Shown here piece after piece: positions 8,346 through 16,949 of a DNA stretch of 64,000 nucleotides. The DNA is taken from positions 1 to 64,000 of the IMG/VR virus record IMGVR_UViG_3300002835_000043, one strand, 5' to 3'. How positions within the stretch are numbered: the first letter of the stretch is position 1; each line of letters starts with the position of its first letter. A model generated the notes under the pieces. That model saw nothing but the letters and a program-made list of their open reading frames with translations, did not search any database and had not been told where the DNA came from. This stretch comes from an uncultured virus (IMG/VR IMGVR_UViG_3300002835_000043) (taxonomy: Duplodnaviria; Heunggongvirae; Uroviricota; Caudoviricetes). The position numbers and the translations under genes were made by a program.

Positions 8346-8579
8346 TTACTTCCAAAATCTTGTTTGATCTCTCCAGAACTTTGCATTTTCTTTGTTTTTT
8401 TGTGTTGGTTCAACTGCACGATTCAAAATAGCAAGTGCTCTTTCTTTTTTTATATTACCTTGCACATATTCTTTACTTTTTCGTGAACTTTTTAGTTTAT
8501 CACCATGAATATCTGCTGCTTGGAGCACTCTTTCTCTTCCTGGTGTTAAGAAATCTTTAAATTCAAAAAAAGTTTTCAT
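8346..8579 (-). CDS. probable internal head protein
   Basis: MKTFFEF start resembles T4 capsid-targeting sequence MKTYQEFIAE. Confidence 0.6.
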   Translation of the reverse strand: MKTFFEFKDFLTPGRERVLQAADIHGDKLKSSRKSKEYVQGNIKKERALAILNRAVEPTQKNKENAKFWRDQTRFWK

Positions 8580-8959
8580 TGTTGGTTTCTTCTTCTTTCA
8601 GCACTCAATTCTCTTTGAAATCCTTTTTGAGTGTTTCTTCTTACGGGTGTCATTGAAGGATCTGCTACTAATTTATCTTTACCGAAACCGCCTAAGTTTG
8701 AAGGTGATCCACCGCGTTCTGGATGATCAGCCCATGCATCTGGATGAAGACCACCGGGTTGAACATTAACACCATGAGACTTTAATTGGTGCAATGCTCT
8801 TTGTACCTTGGGTGTATTGCCGCTTGACATTGTTTCTCTTCTTGCAATATGTGCAATTTTTTCTAAACGACCAAGTTTATGTTTTGAAACACCAGGTATA
8901 TAAGAACCTACATTGTGGTCGTTTGATGCTTCATCCAAGTACTCTTTAAAATTCTTCAT
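8576..8959 (-). CDS. probable internal head protein
   Basis: MKNFKEYLDE-A capsid-targeting-like leader, basic remainder. Confidence 0.7.
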   Translation of the reverse strand: MKNFKEYLDEASNDHNVGSYIPGVSKHKLGRLEKIAHIARRETMSSGNTPKVQRALHQLKSHGVNVQPGGLHPDAWADHPERGGSPSNLGGFGKDKLVADPSMTPVRRNTQKGFQRELSAERRRNQQ

Positions 8960-9156
8960 TTCTTGACTCGTTCCTTGTATTTCTTAGTTTTTGCTTTTGG
9001 GATTTCTAAGTTGTTCTTTGCAGCATCTTCTGCAAGTTCTTCCATTAAATTCTTAAATCCCTCTTCACCGAATGCTTTTTCTAAAATTGCTTCCAGTAAT
9101 TGGGTGTATTCTACTTGTGCCTTGAGTTGTAACTCTAAATTTTCACTTTTGCTCAT
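8956..9156 (-). CDS. small protein related to the duplicated leader
   Basis: QVEYTQLLEAILEKAFGEEGF vs ETEYSELLENILVELIGEEAF; RBS aggag. Confidence 0.7.
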   Translation of the reverse strand: MSKSENLELQLKAQVEYTQLLEAILEKAFGEEGFKNLMEELAEDAAKNNLEIPKAKTKKYKERVKK

Positions 9157-9177
9157 GATAATCTCCTTTTCTTTATG

Positions 9178-9185
9178 TATAAATA
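9178..9185 (+). promoter_or_regulatory. T4-type late promoter
   Basis: Exact TATAAATA upstream of 9210 ORF. Confidence 0.7.
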
Positions 9186-9209
9186 CGGTGATGAATGAAA
9201 ATCTAGGTT

Positions 9210-9980
9210 ATGGCTATTCCTTCTTACGGAAAGTCATCAAGCATGGCAGAACATAAGCATAATCATGCATCATGTGAAACCTGTGAAACTTTAAAAAATG
9301 AAGAAAAAGAAAAACTAAAGCAAGATTTAAAAAATTGCGCTGCGGCAAGAGATGCAGCAGAGCGTGAAAAAAAGGCGGAATTAGAAAAAACGGCTTTAGA
9401 AGCAGAAGAAAAAGTTGAAAAAATGAAAAAACAACTAATAGCCTTTCAATTGGCTACAGTTGTGGGTGTTACTATCCTCGGACAAGAAGCATTTGATAAG
9501 ATATTTGCAAAGGTAGAGGAAGTAAAAAGTGTCCAAGACAAGATCACTGGTATCAATTCGAGTGAAGAAAAGTCAGAAAAACCAAAAAAAGTGTCTAAAG
9601 ATGTAAGTTTTACAGAATTTAAACCAACTTCTTTACTAAAATTGACTGATTTTGGTGGTTTTGAGCAAAATATTGTTATAACCGACTCAAGAACTGATAA
9701 TAATTTACCTTGGATACCCTTAGAAAGCACAGTTGTATCATCTTTGATCACTAAACCAACTCAATTGATTGTAGATCCACCAATTTACACTCCACCAAAA
9801 GTTACAAACATCTCAACTTATGATTTTTCAGTGTTTATGATGGATATACCACCAGAGATTCCATCATTACAGTATCAACTTTTACCATTTCAAGATAGTC
9901 CTTTTGTATTTGGACAAAATGAATCAAATATTCCTTCACCTGGTGCATTTATGTTGTTGAGTATCGCAAGTTTTTTATAA
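9210..9980 (+). CDS. membrane protein with PEP-CTERM-like C-terminus; complete tail lies in the -1 frame (to 9997)
   Basis: Coiled coil, TM segment, Pro-rich linker, IPSPGAFMLLSIASFL*; -1 frame continues IIKRRR*. Confidence 0.75.
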   Translation: MAIPSYGKSSSMAEHKHNHASCETCETLKNEEKEKLKQDLKNCAAARDAAEREKKAELEKTALEAEEKVEKMKKQLIAFQLATVVGVTILGQEAFDKIFAKVEEVKSVQDKITGINSSEEKSEKPKKVSKDVSFTEFKPTSLLKLTDFGGFEQNIVITDSRTDNNLPWIPLESTVVSSLITKPTQLIVDPPIYTPPKVTNISTYDFSVFMMDIPPEIPSLQYQLLPFQDSPFVFGQNESNIPSPGAFMLLSIASFL

Positions 9981-10041
9981 TAAAAAGAAGAAGATGATGA
10001 ATTTTTAACTCAAAATCACATATTGTAAATATTAAACCCGC

Positions 10042-10080
10042 AAACTCCCACTTGACACGGTGGGAGTTTTGCTATATACC
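10042..10080 (+). promoter_or_regulatory. sigma70-like promoter with -35 box inside a 10-bp inverted repeat
   Basis: aaactcccac-TTGACAcg-gtgggagttt then tatatacc. Confidence 0.55.
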
Positions 10081-10124
10081 ACTACATCCCTTCGGAGTAG
10101 GGATTTTACAAATAAGGAGATAGA

Positions 10125-10862
10125 ATGAGAAACTTAATCGCTACTTTAGCACTTTCACTTTGCGGTGTTGCAGCAGCACAAAATGCTGCTCCTGCACCTG
10201 CACCAACTCCAGTTGTATCAAACATTTCTGTCGAGGAAGGTCTAACCTTCTGGGGCAAGAAGAATGTAGATACAGTTGTCGAACTAGACTCAACCGTAAA
10301 GGGTAAGTTGTTCGACATGGCAGGTTGGCATGTCACTGTACCAGTTTACTCACAAGATTATACTGGTTACGGTGCAATTGATCTTGGTTTAGATTACGCA
10401 GTTCTAAGCAAGGTCAATTTCCTTGGTTCTGTCACTAATGTCGCTGTTGAGGGTGGTGTTTGGTTACCAACTGGCTCTGCTGGTTATGGTACTGATAATG
10501 TCAACCCACACATCGGTGCAAATTATGACATGACTTGGGGTGCAGTAGTTTACACCCAAACATTTGATTATCGTTTCAACGGTGATGTAGCATATAGCCC
10601 AGTTTTTGGCAATGCTGCTACTTACTTGGTAAACGCAGAATCATTTGTTGCATACAAGTGGAACACACTTTCAGTCGGTGTTGACCTAAATCAATGGTAC
10701 ACCGAAGGTAGTGATGTTGCATTCCTCGGTCCTAAGGCTGTTTGGAATGTGTCCAACAATGTTGATGTCAACGCAGGATTTGGTATTCCTGTTTGGCAAA
10801 ATGTTGCTGCAGGCAACGAAAACAGTTGGAATGTTACTTTAGGTCTTGGAATCAATTTCTAA
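10125..10862 (+). CDS. outer-membrane beta-barrel protein (porin/transporter-like)
   Basis: Signal peptide ending AAA, alternating beta strands with aromatic residues, C-terminal VTLGLGINF (terminal Phe); RBS aaggag. Confidence 0.85.
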   Translation: MRNLIATLALSLCGVAAAQNAAPAPAPTPVVSNISVEEGLTFWGKKNVDTVVELDSTVKGKLFDMAGWHVTVPVYSQDYTGYGAIDLGLDYAVLSKVNFLGSVTNVAVEGGVWLPTGSAGYGTDNVNPHIGANYDMTWGAVVYTQTFDYRFNGDVAYSPVFGNAATYLVNAESFVAYKWNTLSVGVDLNQWYTEGSDVAFLGPKAVWNVSNNVDVNAGFGIPVWQNVAAGNENSWNVTLGLGINF

Positions 10863-10885
10863 TTTTATTTTAAAGGAGATTTACT

Positions 10886-11026
10886 ATGAACAAGAATACT
10901 TGTCCAATCACTGGTTCTTTCTGCTGGAAGAACCCACTTCAACTAGTCGCTTTCCTTGCACTCCTACCATACGCCATGAAGGGCGTTGCTTGGATCACCA
11001 AGGGAGTTGCTGGTTGGTTTAACTGA
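10886..11026 (+). CDS. small membrane protein (46 aa)
   Basis: RBS aaggag; MNKNTCPITGSFCWKNPLQLVAFLALLPYAMKGVAWITKGVAGWFN. Confidence 0.7.
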   Translation: MNKNTCPITGSFCWKNPLQLVAFLALLPYAMKGVAWITKGVAGWFN

Positions 11027-11052
11027 GTTTAACTAACAATATACTCCGAAGC

Positions 11053-11083
11053 AAAAACCCCGCTTACGCGGGGTTTTTCTTTT
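11053..11083. terminator. bidirectional intrinsic terminator
   Basis: aaaaaccccgc-ttac-gcggggttttt; same stem as 7870-7900. Confidence 0.9.
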
Positions 11084-11101
11084 ACAATCTGTTATTGTTT
11101 A

Positions 11102-11500
11102 TTATTTTACAATTTTTCCACCCTTGCCATAAAGTTTCTTGCTGCTTCGTTCCTTACGAATTGTGTTTGCTAATTTAATTTCTTGTGCTGCAATTCTTGC
11201 TGCTTTATTATGTGCGGCATCGGCACTGTCTGCAGAACCCATTTCACCTTCTCTCCAAGCATCTGCTGAAGCTCTCATATACTTATTTCTTAAATTTCTT
11301 TTTTCTTGGTTAGTTTCTGTTGCACGCTCTGGTGTTTGAGCCATATCCTCAAACAATCCGTAGAATGCTTCTTCACCGATTAGTTCTACTAGAATGTTCT
11401 CTAGGAGTTCTGAGTATTCGGTTTCGTTTTGGAGTTCCTCTGAAAGTCTATGTGATTCGTTTAGGTAGTAATTATACTTTTGTGCTAATGGGTTGTTCAT
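11102..11500 (-). CDS. probable internal head protein with duplicated N-terminal leader
   Basis: First ~38 aa nearly identical to 7930..8322, unrelated C-terminus. Confidence 0.75.
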   Translation of the reverse strand: MNNPLAQKYNYYLNESHRLSEELQNETEYSELLENILVELIGEEAFYGLFEDMAQTPERATETNQEKRNLRNKYMRASADAWREGEMGSADSADAAHNKAARIAAQEIKLANTIRKERSSKKLYGKGGKIVK

Positions 11501-11502
11501 TT

Positions 11503-11718
11503 TTAGTTTCCTTTATTAAGTTTTTCTTGACTTTTTTCCTGATCTCTCATTCTTTTCTGTTGTGCTGCTTCACCTGCTGGTGTAACTCCTTGACCTTCAC
11601 GGTGTGTGTCACGAACACCTAAATCAATACCAGACTTTCTTTGAAGTCTTGCGAGTTCAGCATCATTTGCTCTCTTTGCAGCATTTTCCCACATTTTAAC
11701 ATGTTCGTCTTTATTCAT
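11503..11718 (-). CDS. small hydrophilic hypothetical protein
   Basis: Coupled to neighbours in the same late operon. Confidence 0.65.
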   Translation of the reverse strand: MNKDEHVKMWENAAKRANDAELARLQRKSGIDLGVRDTHREGQGVTPAGEAAQQKRMRDQEKSQEKLNKGN

Positions 11719-12590
11719 TTTTGGTTTCCTTTTTTCTTCTTGTTCTTTAGTTTACGCTCTCTATATGCATTTGCAATTGCTTGTGCTGCACGAGGATCAT
11801 AAGTATCTTTTGTTTTTTCTTCTGATAGTTTACCTTCACGCTTCATTTGAAGAGCAGCAGCAACTGCTCTCTTTTGAGGATATCCCTTATCCTTTATGAG
11901 ATGACGAATCTCTGAAGAAACCTTCTTGAATTTTTCTAATAATGTTTCTTCTTTTACATTCATTGCTCGCTTGATACCTTTGACAGCATTTGCTTGTTGT
12001 TTGCCTGTGAGCGAAGCGTAGTGCTTTCCAGAACCGTACATCATGGACGATAGTTGTGAACCACGCTTTGCAACATATGCGTCCTTTGTTGCTTTACTGA
12101 TCTCATCAATTTGCTCTACTGATTCTTTTTGATAATCAGATTTTTCCATTCCATCGGATATACCAGATGCTTTTCTAAATCTCTGTGCATCGAAGTTGGG
12201 ATTTGATTTGTAAAAATACATTGCAGCCTTCTTGTGCTCTGCTGGTCTTTCCTCTGGACGAAGATTTGCAATTGCCTTAGCAACTTGAACCATGTGTTTT
12301 CTGGTTGATCTCTTTGGAACTTTGATACCAACTAAAGTTTCAACATCTTCATTTACTTTCTTTTTAGCAATTGCTTTACCGATTGCTTTTCTACGGTTTA
12401 GGAGGTACTTATCAGTATCATCAACTATACCGTTATTATCTACATCTGAATCTTCCTTACCTACTGGATCTAATGCTACTTTCTTTGCTTCATCTAAACG
12501 AGCAACTAATTCTTCAATTACTAAAATTAGTGCTTCATTCTCTGTTTTTAAAGATTCAATCAGTTGATCAATATTATTTGTATTTGACAT
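11715..12590 (-). CDS. multi-module probable internal head protein
   Basis: LDPVGKEDSDVDNNGIVDDTDKYL (EF-hand-like), GYPQKRAVAAAL module, repeated (L/I/V)xE sites. Confidence 0.7.
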   Translation of the reverse strand: MSNTNNIDQLIESLKTENEALILVIEELVARLDEAKKVALDPVGKEDSDVDNNGIVDDTDKYLLNRRKAIGKAIAKKKVNEDVETLVGIKVPKRSTRKHMVQVAKAIANLRPEERPAEHKKAAMYFYKSNPNFDAQRFRKASGISDGMEKSDYQKESVEQIDEISKATKDAYVAKRGSQLSSMMYGSGKHYASLTGKQQANAVKGIKRAMNVKEETLLEKFKKVSSEIRHLIKDKGYPQKRAVAAALQMKREGKLSEEKTKDTYDPRAAQAIANAYRERKLKNKKKKGNQK

Positions 12591-12611
12591 GGGTATATCT
12601 TCCTTTTAGGT

Positions 12612-12619
12612 TATTTATA
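12612..12619 (-). promoter_or_regulatory. T4-type late promoter
   Basis: TATAAATA on minus strand upstream of 12590. Confidence 0.75.
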
Positions 12620-12668
12620 AAACCTTTGACTTGTATACATACTGTGCCAAGGATAATAAAGATCTATT

Positions 12669-13778
12669 ATGGATATACTAAAAACCCTAAAAGAAGAGCA
12701 AAAAGAGTACCATTTAACTCTTTTAGAAGACATTCAGGACAGAGATGGTGGTTCTGTAACAATGATCCCAGGGAAAAGCAGTCCTGCTGCTGAAACTCTC
12801 TTTCCAACCTCATATCCAAGAGATGCAAAGAAAATTATTCTAAAAAGAATTCCAACAACAAGTATGGAAGAATTCTTAATGAGATTGCAACTCATTCAAA
12901 ACATGCAAGCACAACAAGAAGCAGAACAACAAGAACAACAACCAGACGAAGAACAAGTTGCTGCAAATGAAGAATTTTTGAATAGTGTTCTTACTTTTTT
13001 AAGTGAAAAAAAAGTTTTTAATATGTTTGGACCTAAAACAATGAATACTCTTGCAGCATTATCGGTTGCAGGTGGTATAGGTCTTGGTGGAAAAGCATTT
13101 GAAAAGAGTATTGATAGTAAAGATAATCCAACATCAAGTAAGGTATCTTTAAGCAAAGCACCAGAAAAACAAACTTTAAAAATAAACGATTTAAAGAAAT
13201 CAACTGAAAAACCAGTAGAAGCAAAAGAAGAAAAACCAACAAATGTAGTTGGTGATTTGCTCGTCCCACATTTAAAAGAAATGGAAGGATGGAGAGCAAG
13301 AAGATATAAGGATAGTAAGGGACTTCCTACAGTTGGTCATGGTGCATTGATTGATGGAAGTTTTGTTGGTACAATGGAAAAAGTCTTCCCACACCAATCC
13401 AAAGAGTGGAGACAAAAAGTAGCAGCAGGAAATATGGAATTAACCGCTGCTCAAGGACACGAACTTCTAACACATCAAGCAAGACAAAAACATGATCAAG
13501 TAAGAGATATTATTGGTCATGAAACATTTGATAGTATGCATCCAAATTTAAGAATGCATATTGCATCTGAGCATTTTAGAGGTATGATAAAGAAATCACC
13601 AAAGGCACTTGCACTAATCCGTAAAGGTGATTTGAAGGGTGCAAGTAAAGAATATTTGAACGCCGATGATTATAGAGAGAATACTGAAAATAGTATTGGA
13701 AAAAGAATGAAAAATCTTTCAGATGCTCTTGCAAAATATTCAGAAGGTGTTAAAATACCACAAACGACCGAAAAATAA
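12669..13778 (+). CDS. phage lysozyme (GH24-like) with long N-terminal extension
   Basis: MEGWRARRYKDSKGLPTVGHG has E, D(+9), T(+15) spacing of T4 lysozyme E11/D20/T26. Confidence 0.8.
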   Translation: MDILKTLKEEQKEYHLTLLEDIQDRDGGSVTMIPGKSSPAAETLFPTSYPRDAKKIILKRIPTTSMEEFLMRLQLIQNMQAQQEAEQQEQQPDEEQVAANEEFLNSVLTFLSEKKVFNMFGPKTMNTLAALSVAGGIGLGGKAFEKSIDSKDNPTSSKVSLSKAPEKQTLKINDLKKSTEKPVEAKEEKPTNVVGDLLVPHLKEMEGWRARRYKDSKGLPTVGHGALIDGSFVGTMEKVFPHQSKEWRQKVAAGNMELTAAQGHELLTHQARQKHDQVRDIIGHETFDSMHPNLRMHIASEHFRGMIKKSPKALALIRKGDLKGASKEYLNADDYRENTENSIGKRMKNLSDALAKYSEGVKIPQTTEK

Positions 13779-13794
13779 TTAAAGGAGATTGGGT

Positions 13795-14325
13795 ATGAGT
13801 GATCAGATGAATACTATGGACTTTGAAACATTTGTTAAAACTAATCAAGTTTTCCCCAATCAACCAATTAAAGAACAACAAACAAATCAGGAAGATAATA
13901 AAATTTCTACTCCCACTAGTAGAGGAAATGTTGTTATACCAACTAAAATTGAAATAAAGCAATCTTTAATTCACAATCAAGGTGTTTTCGCAAAAGAACA
14001 AATATTAGAAGGTGAACTTATTGAGATTGCTCCTCTTCTTAAATTAGAATGGAGAATGCAATACCAACACGATCCAATAATTAAAAGTTACATTTGGCCA
14101 AATTTAAGTTGTAATTGTAGAGACTGCAAAGTTCATAGTCCTATAGCATACATGCCAATGGGATATGCTCCATTATACAACCATTCAGAAACACCAAATG
14201 TTTCTTTAAAATTTAATTGGGCAGAACAAACAGTATCATTTAAAGCAATGAAAAATATTGAAATTGGAGAAGAACTTTTTATTCATTATTTAATAAAAAG
14301 TTGGAATCAAAATGATAAAAAATAA
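13795..14325 (+). CDS. SET-domain methyltransferase
   Basis: SLIHNQGVFA, YNHSETPN, IEIGEELFIHY SET motifs. Confidence 0.85.
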   Translation: MSDQMNTMDFETFVKTNQVFPNQPIKEQQTNQEDNKISTPTSRGNVVIPTKIEIKQSLIHNQGVFAKEQILEGELIEIAPLLKLEWRMQYQHDPIIKSYIWPNLSCNCRDCKVHSPIAYMPMGYAPLYNHSETPNVSLKFNWAEQTVSFKAMKNIEIGEELFIHYLIKSWNQNDKK

Positions 14326-14629
14326 ACAATACACAATAGAATACTTGAAGGATGGGATTTATGTTCTTTTGGGTAAAAATCCATTGAACAATTCTAATGT
14401 TGTGCTTGCAAAATCTGATTCTCCGAGTAAACTACTTGAGTATGGTTATTTGGATCTTGGAATAACACAACCCATAGACATGTCGAGCACTGTAACAGCA
14501 ATTATGGATCTTGAAACGATATCGTCTATGGGTGGTATTAAAATGCATGAAGAAATGATGGATGTAATTCAAAAACTTATTGATGGTCTTTTAAACAAGA
14601 AGTTCGATGAGGAAAATTATTATGAATAA
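14312..14629 (+). CDS. hypothetical protein
   Basis: ORF in operon context. Confidence 0.6.
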   Translation: MIKNKQYTIEYLKDGIYVLLGKNPLNNSNVVLAKSDSPSKLLEYGYLDLGITQPIDMSSTVTAIMDLETISSMGGIKMHEEMMDVIQKLIDGLLNKKFDEENYYE

Positions 14630-14894
14630 TACTTTTGTAGTTTCTGGCGTTAGAACCATCAATGGTTCCAAACCAATTATTGATCTGATTAGACACCCAG
14701 TAACAGATGCACATATTGCATGTTTTAGAAACTTTAATAACGAAGAATCTATTGATGGTTATGATTATCATGAGATTCTTTCTATTAGAAATATGCTCAC
14801 TCAAATTCTAAATGAGATAGATACTAGAGAAGTGATTGATGAAATTAATAATGCTTCACAGTATGACCCTCATTCAGAAGACGATGGAGCATAA
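14607..14894 (+). CDS. hypothetical protein
   Basis: ORF in operon context; start may be the ATG at 14622. Confidence 0.6.
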   Translation: MRKIIMNNTFVVSGVRTINGSKPIIDLIRHPVTDAHIACFRNFNNEESIDGYDYHEILSIRNMLTQILNEIDTREVIDEINNASQYDPHSEDDGA

Positions 14895-15068
14895 ATGCAA
14901 CATAGAGAAACATGGGTTCAAGATTTAATAGACTCAGCAGAATCCTGTGTGATTGGTTATGAGAAATATCTTAAGGACAAAATTAGTTCAAAAGATTTGG
15001 CTAAATTAATGAAACAACTTCGAAATTTACTCCCAATGGATTTGGAAGATAAAATAGAAGGCAAGTGA
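14895..15068 (+). CDS. hypothetical protein (57 aa)
   Basis: RBS ggag; MQHRETWVQDLIDSAESCVIGYEKYL; fills gap before guaC. Confidence 0.6.
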   Translation: MQHRETWVQDLIDSAESCVIGYEKYLKDKISSKDLAKLMKQLRNLLPMDLEDKIEGK

Positions 15069-15080
15069 AAGGAAACTAAA

Positions 15081-16139
15081 GTGAAGATTGAAGATGATGT
15101 AAAACTTGATTTTGCAGATGTTTTGATTCGTCCAAAGCGAAGTAACCTTGATAGTCGTAGCAAGGTTGATGTCGAACGCACATTTAAATTTAAACTACCC
15201 AGTGGTGAATTTGTATGGAGAGGTGTCCCTATTGTAGCCGCTAATATGGATACAGTTGGTACATTTGAAATGGCAAACTCTCTTGCAGATTACGGTGCTA
15301 TGTGTGCTATTCACAAGTATTACTCTGAAGAAGATTGGGGTCGTGAAGCAAGTTCATGGTTGAGAAAACATTCTGGTCTTTGTGGATTGATTTATACAAT
15401 GGGAATGGGAAACGATTCCACAACATTAACAGAAATTCAAAAAGCAGAAAAGATATTAAATGCACATAAGCATGTTCGGTTTATTTGTCTTGATGTTGCA
15501 AATGGATATACTGAAAAGTTTGTAAATTATGTTAAAACCATTCGTGGTTTATTTCCAGATCATGTTATTATTGCAGGTAATGTTGTTACCCGTGAGATGA
15601 CTGAAGCACTGATTCTTTCTGGTGCAAACATCATCAAGGCAGGAATTGGACCAGGATCTGTCTGCACCACTCGTAAGGTTGCTGGTGTGGGTTATCCTCA
15701 ACTCTCCTGCATCATGGAGTGTGCTGATGCAGCACATGGGCTTGGTGGTTATGTGCTATCAGATGGTGGTTGTACTTGTCCGGGTGATGTAGCAAAGGCA
15801 TTTGGTGCTGGTGCAGACTTTATTATGATTGGTGGTATGTTTGCAGGAACTGATGAGTCTGCAGGACAAGAAACAGAGAACGGTAAAGAGTTCTATGGTA
15901 TGTCATCTGCTACAGCAATGGAAAAACATTCCGGTGGTGTTGCTACTTATCGTGCAGCAGAGGGTAAGAAGGTATTTGTTAAAAAGACTGGACCAGTTGC
16001 AAATATTATGCAACAGATTCTTGGTGGTGTCCGTTCTGCTTGCACATATGTTGGTGCAGCAAGACTTAAGGATCTGTCAAAGTGTACAACTTTTATTCGT
16101 GTCAATCGTCAGTTAAATAACATATTTCAAGAAAATTAA
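15081..16139 (+). CDS. guaC: GMP reductase
   Basis: [61 protein letters not shown]. Confidence 0.95.
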   Translation: MKIEDDVKLDFADVLIRPKRSNLDSRSKVDVERTFKFKLPSGEFVWRGVPIVAANMDTVGTFEMANSLADYGAMCAIHKYYSEEDWGREASSWLRKHSGLCGLIYTMGMGNDSTTLTEIQKAEKILNAHKHVRFICLDVANGYTEKFVNYVKTIRGLFPDHVIIAGNVVTREMTEALILSGANIIKAGIGPGSVCTTRKVAGVGYPQLSCIMECADAAHGLGGYVLSDGGCTCPGDVAKAFGAGADFIMIGGMFAGTDESAGQETENGKEFYGMSSATAMEKHSGGVATYRAAEGKKVFVKKTGPVANIMQQILGGVRSACTYVGAARLKDLSKCTTFIRVNRQLNNIFQEN

Positions 16140-16166
16140 AATTTGAATATTTGCATTTGACCCTGA

Positions 16167-16225
16167 AAAAAAATCTTATAAAACTTTACTTTTTTCCTTG
16201 CGGAGTCCGATAAAAGTCGTATACT
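16167..16225 (+). promoter_or_regulatory. sigma70-type promoter with A-tract upstream element
   Basis: AAAAAAATCTTAT, TTGCGG (16198), 16 bp, TATACT (16220). Confidence 0.55.
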
Positions 16226-16338
16226 ATACGAGTCAGAGAAAATAACAAAGGAAACACACTATGAAGCACTTTGATAATAATATTATGTGGTTACATTAAA
16301 ATTACTTTTATTGTTTATAGTATTATATTATTAAATAA

Positions 16339-16510
16339 GGTTTGTCGGTATGCACCGAGAGCAGATCCGAGCGAGACAGAAATGGTTTACGGAAAACCAC
16401 TGCAGTCTCTCGACTACAAAACCGTTTCACTGGTTGGTTTACGGTTCCTGATACGAAGGTGATGAATGCCCGTAAGGCAGTAGTAGTTACCGGATACAAC
16501 CAAAACCGTC
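16339..16510 (+). ncRNA. candidate structured RNA upstream of tRNA-Lys
   Basis: Several GC-richer helices (tcggt/accga, gagac/gtctc, tggttt/aaacca, tgcc/ggca) in AT-rich noncoding context. Confidence 0.45.
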
Positions 16511-16516
16511 TTTTAT

Positions 16517-16589
16517 GCCCTCTTAGCTCAGTTGGTAGAGCAGTTGACTTTTAATCAATAGGTCGTAGGTTCAATTCCTACAGGGGGCA
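16517..16589 (+). tRNA. tRNA-Lys(TTT)
   Basis: Cloverleaf; anticodon arm gttga-ctTTTaa-tcaat. Confidence 0.95.
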
Positions 16590-16594
16590 CTTTT

Positions 16595-16667
16595 GGGATG
16601 GTAGACCAACGGCAGAGTCGGGACACTCAAAATGTCCATAGTGTGGGTTCGAATCCCACCCGTCCTA
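16595..16667 (+). tRNA. tRNA-Leu(CAA), short variable loop
   Basis: ggaca-ctCAAaa-tgtcc, 5-nt variable loop, canonical T arm. Confidence 0.9.
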
Positions 16668-16682
16668 CTCAGGAGAATAATA

Positions 16683-16949
16683 ATGATTGACAATCCGTAT
16701 AATGAACTGAACGATCATACCTTTCTGATATATCTTGCACAGAATGATTACATGATTGATGGTCACTTTCTTCCTGAAGGCAAACGACTGATGGAGATTG
16801 CTAATAAATTACAGGAGAGAGCAATGTTTATTTTTGGTGACGGTAAATCTGAACCAATCATAGACTTCAAAGCAGAAAAATACAAGAAGTCTCAGGAAGC
16901 AATGGATAGACTCGCACAACTTGATGAGGAGTTGGGATTAAATGATTGA
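16683..16949 (+). CDS. hypothetical protein
   Basis: RBS aggag, ATG 16683; C-terminal AMDRLAQLDEELGL. Confidence 0.7.
   Translation: MIDNPYNELNDHTFLIYLAQNDYMIDGHFLPEGKRLMEIANKLQERAMFIFGDGKSEPIIDFKAEKYKKSQEAMDRLAQLDEELGLND

Noticed and set aside
16445..16495. Hammerhead ribozyme
   Set aside because: CTGATAC/GTGATGA only resemble the CUGAUGA core and no correctly placed GAAA follows the stem
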